A stretch of 64,000 bases of DNA from Nitrosospira multiformis (GTDB lineage Bacteria; Pseudomonadota; Gammaproteobacteria; Burkholderiales; Nitrosomonadaceae): contig JAFKJB010000016.1 of NCBI GenBank assembly GCA_017306155.1, forward strand, positions 17,382 through 81,381. Reading direction: 5' to 3'. Made by a program: the position numbers and the translations under genes. Below are positions 61,032-64,000 of this stretch, piece after piece. Positions within the stretch are counted from its first letter, which is position 1; every line of letters begins with the position of its first letter. The notes under the pieces were generated by a model. That model was given only the letters and a program-made list of their open reading frames with translations. It had not been told where the DNA came from and did not search any database.

Positions 61032-61892
61032 TCAGCAGTGACGCAGCGTGCGGTGATTCAAGGCGGGCAGGCTGCTGCGCAAGCTCGCCTGGTATTCCGG
61101 ATCGATATCCGCGATGACGACTCCTGGCCCGCGCGGGAGGCGGTCCAGCACCACGCCCCAGGGATCGACTATCATGCTGTCCCCATGGGTTTCCCGCCCA
61201 TTGATATGATATCCCCCCTGAGCAGGGGCAACGACGTATGCCAGATTTTCGATGGCGCGGGCGCGAATCAAGGTTTCCCAGTGCGCCTTGCCCGTGGTGG
61301 CGGTAAAAGCCGCCGGGGCGAAGATAATGTCTACCTGTCCCATGGAGCGGTAGAGCTCGGGAAAGCGGATATCGTAGCAGATGGAAAGGCCGATGCGGCC
61401 AAAGGGGGATTCCAGGGCAACGACACCCTGGCCTGCCTCAATGGTTTCTTCTTCGGCATAGCGTTCAGCCCCCAGCTCCAGACCGAACAAGTGTATTTTG
61501 TCGTACCGCGCGACCTGCTCACCGTTGTCATTGTATACCAGGCAACTGTTTCGCACTTTGTCAGGACGGGAAGAAACCAGGGGCACCGAGCCGCCTACGA
61601 GCCACAGGCCGAGACGCCTGGCAGTATTGCCCAGAAATTCCTGTATCGGCCCCTGATTATCCTGCTCACGTGCCGCTACTCTATCAGCATCCTCCATTCC
61701 CATCAGGCAGAAATACTCGGGGAGCGCCGCCAGCTTCGCGCCGCGTGACGCGGCAATATCCAGAAGCCGTCCGGCTTCTTCCAGATTGGCGTAGATATTT
61801 GGACCTGCCGCCATTTGGATGGCGGCAACACGAATCGGCCCCCTGGGGGCTGTTTCAGGAGAAAGCGAGTTGCAGGCTACAGAGTCTTGCAT
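61032..61892 (-). CDS. Carbon-nitrogen hydrolase (Nit1/deaminated-glutathione amidase-like)
   Basis: [28 protein letters not shown]. Confidence 0.92.
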   Translation of the reverse strand: MQDSVACNSLSPETAPRGPIRVAAIQMAAGPNIYANLEEAGRLLDIAASRGAKLAALPEYFCLMGMEDADRVAAREQDNQGPIQEFLGNTARRLGLWLVGGSVPLVSSRPDKVRNSCLVYNDNGEQVARYDKIHLFGLELGAERYAEEETIEAGQGVVALESPFGRIGLSICYDIRFPELYRSMGQVDIIFAPAAFTATTGKAHWETLIRARAIENLAYVVAPAQGGYHINGRETHGDSMIVDPWGVVLDRLPRGPGVVIADIDPEYQASLRSSLPALNHRTLRHC

Positions 61893-62087
61893 ATTGAAGG
61901 GTATTTTTTTGGACAGCGGGAATACAGAGTAACTTAAAAGATTGTCTTTATAAAGTATTGGGACTGATTACCGCTTCCGATGTTGTCCACAGATCACCCA
62001 TGGGCTGCCGCGTACTGAATTACTGGATTTAATGACGGAGTGGTTTGGCGGGTGTCGTACGACCTCGCGTGAAGAGGCTCTTCATGG

Positions 62088-64000
62088 CTAAGGTTCTGCC
62101 AGTTCCGGGGCGGGTTGCCCTGTCCGGGTTACGACAGGATCTGCCCAGGTGCCGCTAATGTTGTAGTCTCTCGATGGAGCGGGGGTTTGTTTCATGGCTG
62201 TGCTTGCAATTACCGATGCCATCCCGACTACGGGAGACGCAATTCCATAGGAAGGAGTAACCTTGATGTGAAGTTTTTGTGTTTCCGCTTCAAGATTCAT
62301 TTGTCCATTCATGGTAATCCTTGCAGCCGGCCCGTTGATTTTCAACTCATCCGTCAGTGCAATACCACTCGCGATATATAGGGTGCCGGAGATGTCGTCA
62401 AATCCGAAACCTTCACTGAACACATCACGAAAGTCCAGGGTGATTCGCCGCGGCAGCGAACGGAGATTGAAAATGCCAAAGAGTCTGCCAATTCCTGGCT
62501 CAAACCCGGGAAACTGTCCACGCGTTGCGCCAAGCTTAAACTTGCCATACAAGGTGGAGTAATCTACCGACAGGGGATCCCCCTGCCAGGACAGGATGCC
62601 CTCAAGCGTGCCGCTTCCACTGGTTACACGATCAGGAAGGCCGAGCCGCTCCAGGAATTTCCCAATGTCATCTGCTTTCAGCAGAACCGTGGCCTGTGTC
62701 TGCGGAGCCGCAGTCCGGTTTTTCCATAAACCTCGCATGGTTATCGAGCTGTCCGGATTGACAATGTGCAGCTTATCGATATACCAGTTCCATTCTTCCT
62801 GATTTGCAACCAGTTCCAGCTTGCCCAGTTGTTTCTCGCCAAAAACAAAGTCGTCCGCGATTACATCGAGCGCCGGCAGATTCTTTTCCTGCTGATCTCT
62901 CCTGGAGATGGTACCCGGCCCGGAAGGAGGGGTTGCAGGAATGATCAGCCTGTTCAGTCGCGCCACTATCTTGCCGGTACCGGATGGATTCCAGGTGATG
63001 CCTCCATTGACCTCCTCGCTTGCAATCCTGCAATACCACAGATCGCCTTTTCTGTTAGCATCCAGCCTGACATCATCGAACTGCCTGCCCAGAAAGCCAA
63101 GCGATCCTACATACAGGTTTAAGCTGCTCAAACGGGAAGGGGGAGCAGATTGAATTTCGAGCTGCTTGAGCAAGAGGCGCCAGTGGTCGAGATTCAATAC
63201 AGGCAATGCACCCTTTATCACGATGCCGGGCTCTTCAGAAAGAAAAACGGTTGAGGGGCCGAAAACGACGGAACCGCGCTCCATGTAAAAATGACCGGCA
63301 TCATCCCGGCCGCGACTGATTTTTGCCTTGATGCGCTCGCCATAGCTCAGATGCAGTTCCTCGCTCTGCGTACCTGCTGCCTTTCTTTCGAATCTCACGG
63401 GTATTGCATCCTGCGCGGCCTTCGACAACGGCTCGGGCAGATCCGATGAAATTCCCTTCAGGGAGGATTCAACGATCACATTTGTGGACCGGTTGTGTAC
63501 GAGCACCGCTGCTTGCCAATCGCTGCTGCCTTGCAGGTGCCGGGTCCAGAAAGGGGCGCTGCGTGACGCGCTTGCTCGCGAGGCTTCATTCAGGTTGTCG
63601 AAGTTGACCTTGCCGATAGCGGAAAAACGTACCCCGCCGCCCGGCATCTCAGAGGAAGTGATCAGCACGGGACCGCCGAGAAGACGGGCACTCAGGTTTT
63701 CCGTTCTTATTCCAGAACCGGTAAAGTTCAGGGCGCCATTCAATTGCTCCAGCTCGGGAATATGAAGACCCGGATCAATCCGGTTGTTCATGAACCGGTA
63801 GTTGCCCCACAGTTTGATTTCCCCTGAACCGCGCAAAGGGGTATCAAGTTTGAGTAGCAGCCTCCCATCGCCGGAAATAAAGGTATTGTTCACCAGCCAG
63901 TCATCGTAGGCGTCCGGGGTTTTTGCGGCAGCGAATGCCAGAAACTGATGAGTGGGACCGGTCGCTTCCAGTTCAGTTTTGAGTCTCGCCTCGGCGGCCG
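62088..64000 (-). CDS. yhdP: YhdP/AsmA-like phospholipid transporter; 5' part outside the window
   Basis: Frame stays open from 63893 to the window edge; LRSLPRRITLDFRDVFSEGFGFD, ISGTWADP; usual yhdP-nit-tldD order. Confidence 0.9.
   Translation of the reverse strand, partial: AAEARLKTELEATGPTHQFLAFAAAKTPDAYDDWLVNNTFISGDGRLLLKLDTPLRGSGEIKLWGNYRFMNNRIDPGLHIPELEQLNGALNFTGSGIRTENLSARLLGGPVLITSSEMPGGGVRFSAIGKVNFDNLNEASRASASRSAPFWTRHLQGSSDWQAAVLVHNRSTNVIVESSLKGISSDLPEPLSKAAQDAIPVRFERKAAGTQSEELHLSYGERIKAKISRGRDDAGHFYMERGSVVFGPSTVFLSEEPGIVIKGALPVLNLDHWRLLLKQLEIQSAPPSRLSSLNLYVGSLGFLGRQFDDVRLDANRKGDLWYCRIASEEVNGGITWNPSGTGKIVARLNRLIIPATPPSGPGTISRRDQQEKNLPALDVIADDFVFGEKQLGKLELVANQEEWNWYIDKLHIVNPDSSITMRGLWKNRTAAPQTQATVLLKADDIGKFLERLGLPDRVTSGSGTLEGILSWQGDPLSVDYSTLYGKFKLGATRGQFPGFEPGIGRLFGIFNLRSLPRRITLDFRDVFSEGFGFDDISGTLYIASGIALTDELKINGPAARITMNGQMNLEAETQKLHIKVTPSYGIASPVVGMASVIASTAMKQTPAPSRDYNISGTWADPVVTRTGQPAPELAEP

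Noticed and set aside
61983-61991. Isolated DnaA-like box TTGTCCACA (another near-match at 42133)
   Set aside because: Single mismatched 9-mers are expected by chance; not clustered.
1-64000. CRISPR arrays, tRNA/rRNA, transposases, integrases, phage genes
   Set aside because: No repeat-spacer periodicity, tRNA arm motifs or mobile-element protein motifs were seen by eye; short ncRNAs could be missed.

Overview
A gene-dense chromosomal window (~55-60% GC by eye). Gene content and order suggest a betaproteobacterial ammonia oxidiser, probably Nitrosospira (inference). Left to right: sspB(partial)-sspA; the bc1 operon petABC; yacG; a Nudix/ThiE fusion; a DUF815 ATPase; an exported EF-hand protein with an HvfA-like leader; argJ; tusA; a DUF922-like peptidase; a complete E. 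coli-type complex I operon (nuoA,B,CD,E-N); a DUF3330 protein; an ADP-ribosylglycohydrolase; ycaR-exbD-exbB/xseA; a DUF423 gene; rlmL-like; dsbB; htpX; mlaA; a heavy-metal two-component system followed by an accessory block (ATP-grasp, methyltransferase-like, surface-carbohydrate genes); murJ; rpsT; SPFH/NfeD; an Orn/Lys/Arg decarboxylase with argD-argF-argG; yajQ; GATase; fecR-like-exbD-exbB-tonB-tlpA; ECF sigma-DUF3619-DUF3106-RDD; tldD; a nitrilase-family gene; yhdP (partial). No rRNA, tRNA, CRISPR, transposase or prophage genes were seen. Main oddities: (1) two homologous 56-bp promoters (46/56 identical, ATTAC-N6-GTAAT box, -10 at the same offset) downstream of the metal two-component system, in front of a small ORF/ATP-grasp gene and glycan-type genes rather than an efflux pump, with a 56-bp relic of the regulator gene at the far edge; (2) a 24-residue tandem duplication in the NuoL lateral helix without a second NuoM; (3) an orphan HvfA/EGKCG-like precursor fused to EF-hands; (4) a DnaA-box cluster with an AT-rich tract; (5) lpxK and kdsB absent from their usual block, plus a cysteine-free MlaA. 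Family assignments come from motif recognition, not database searches.
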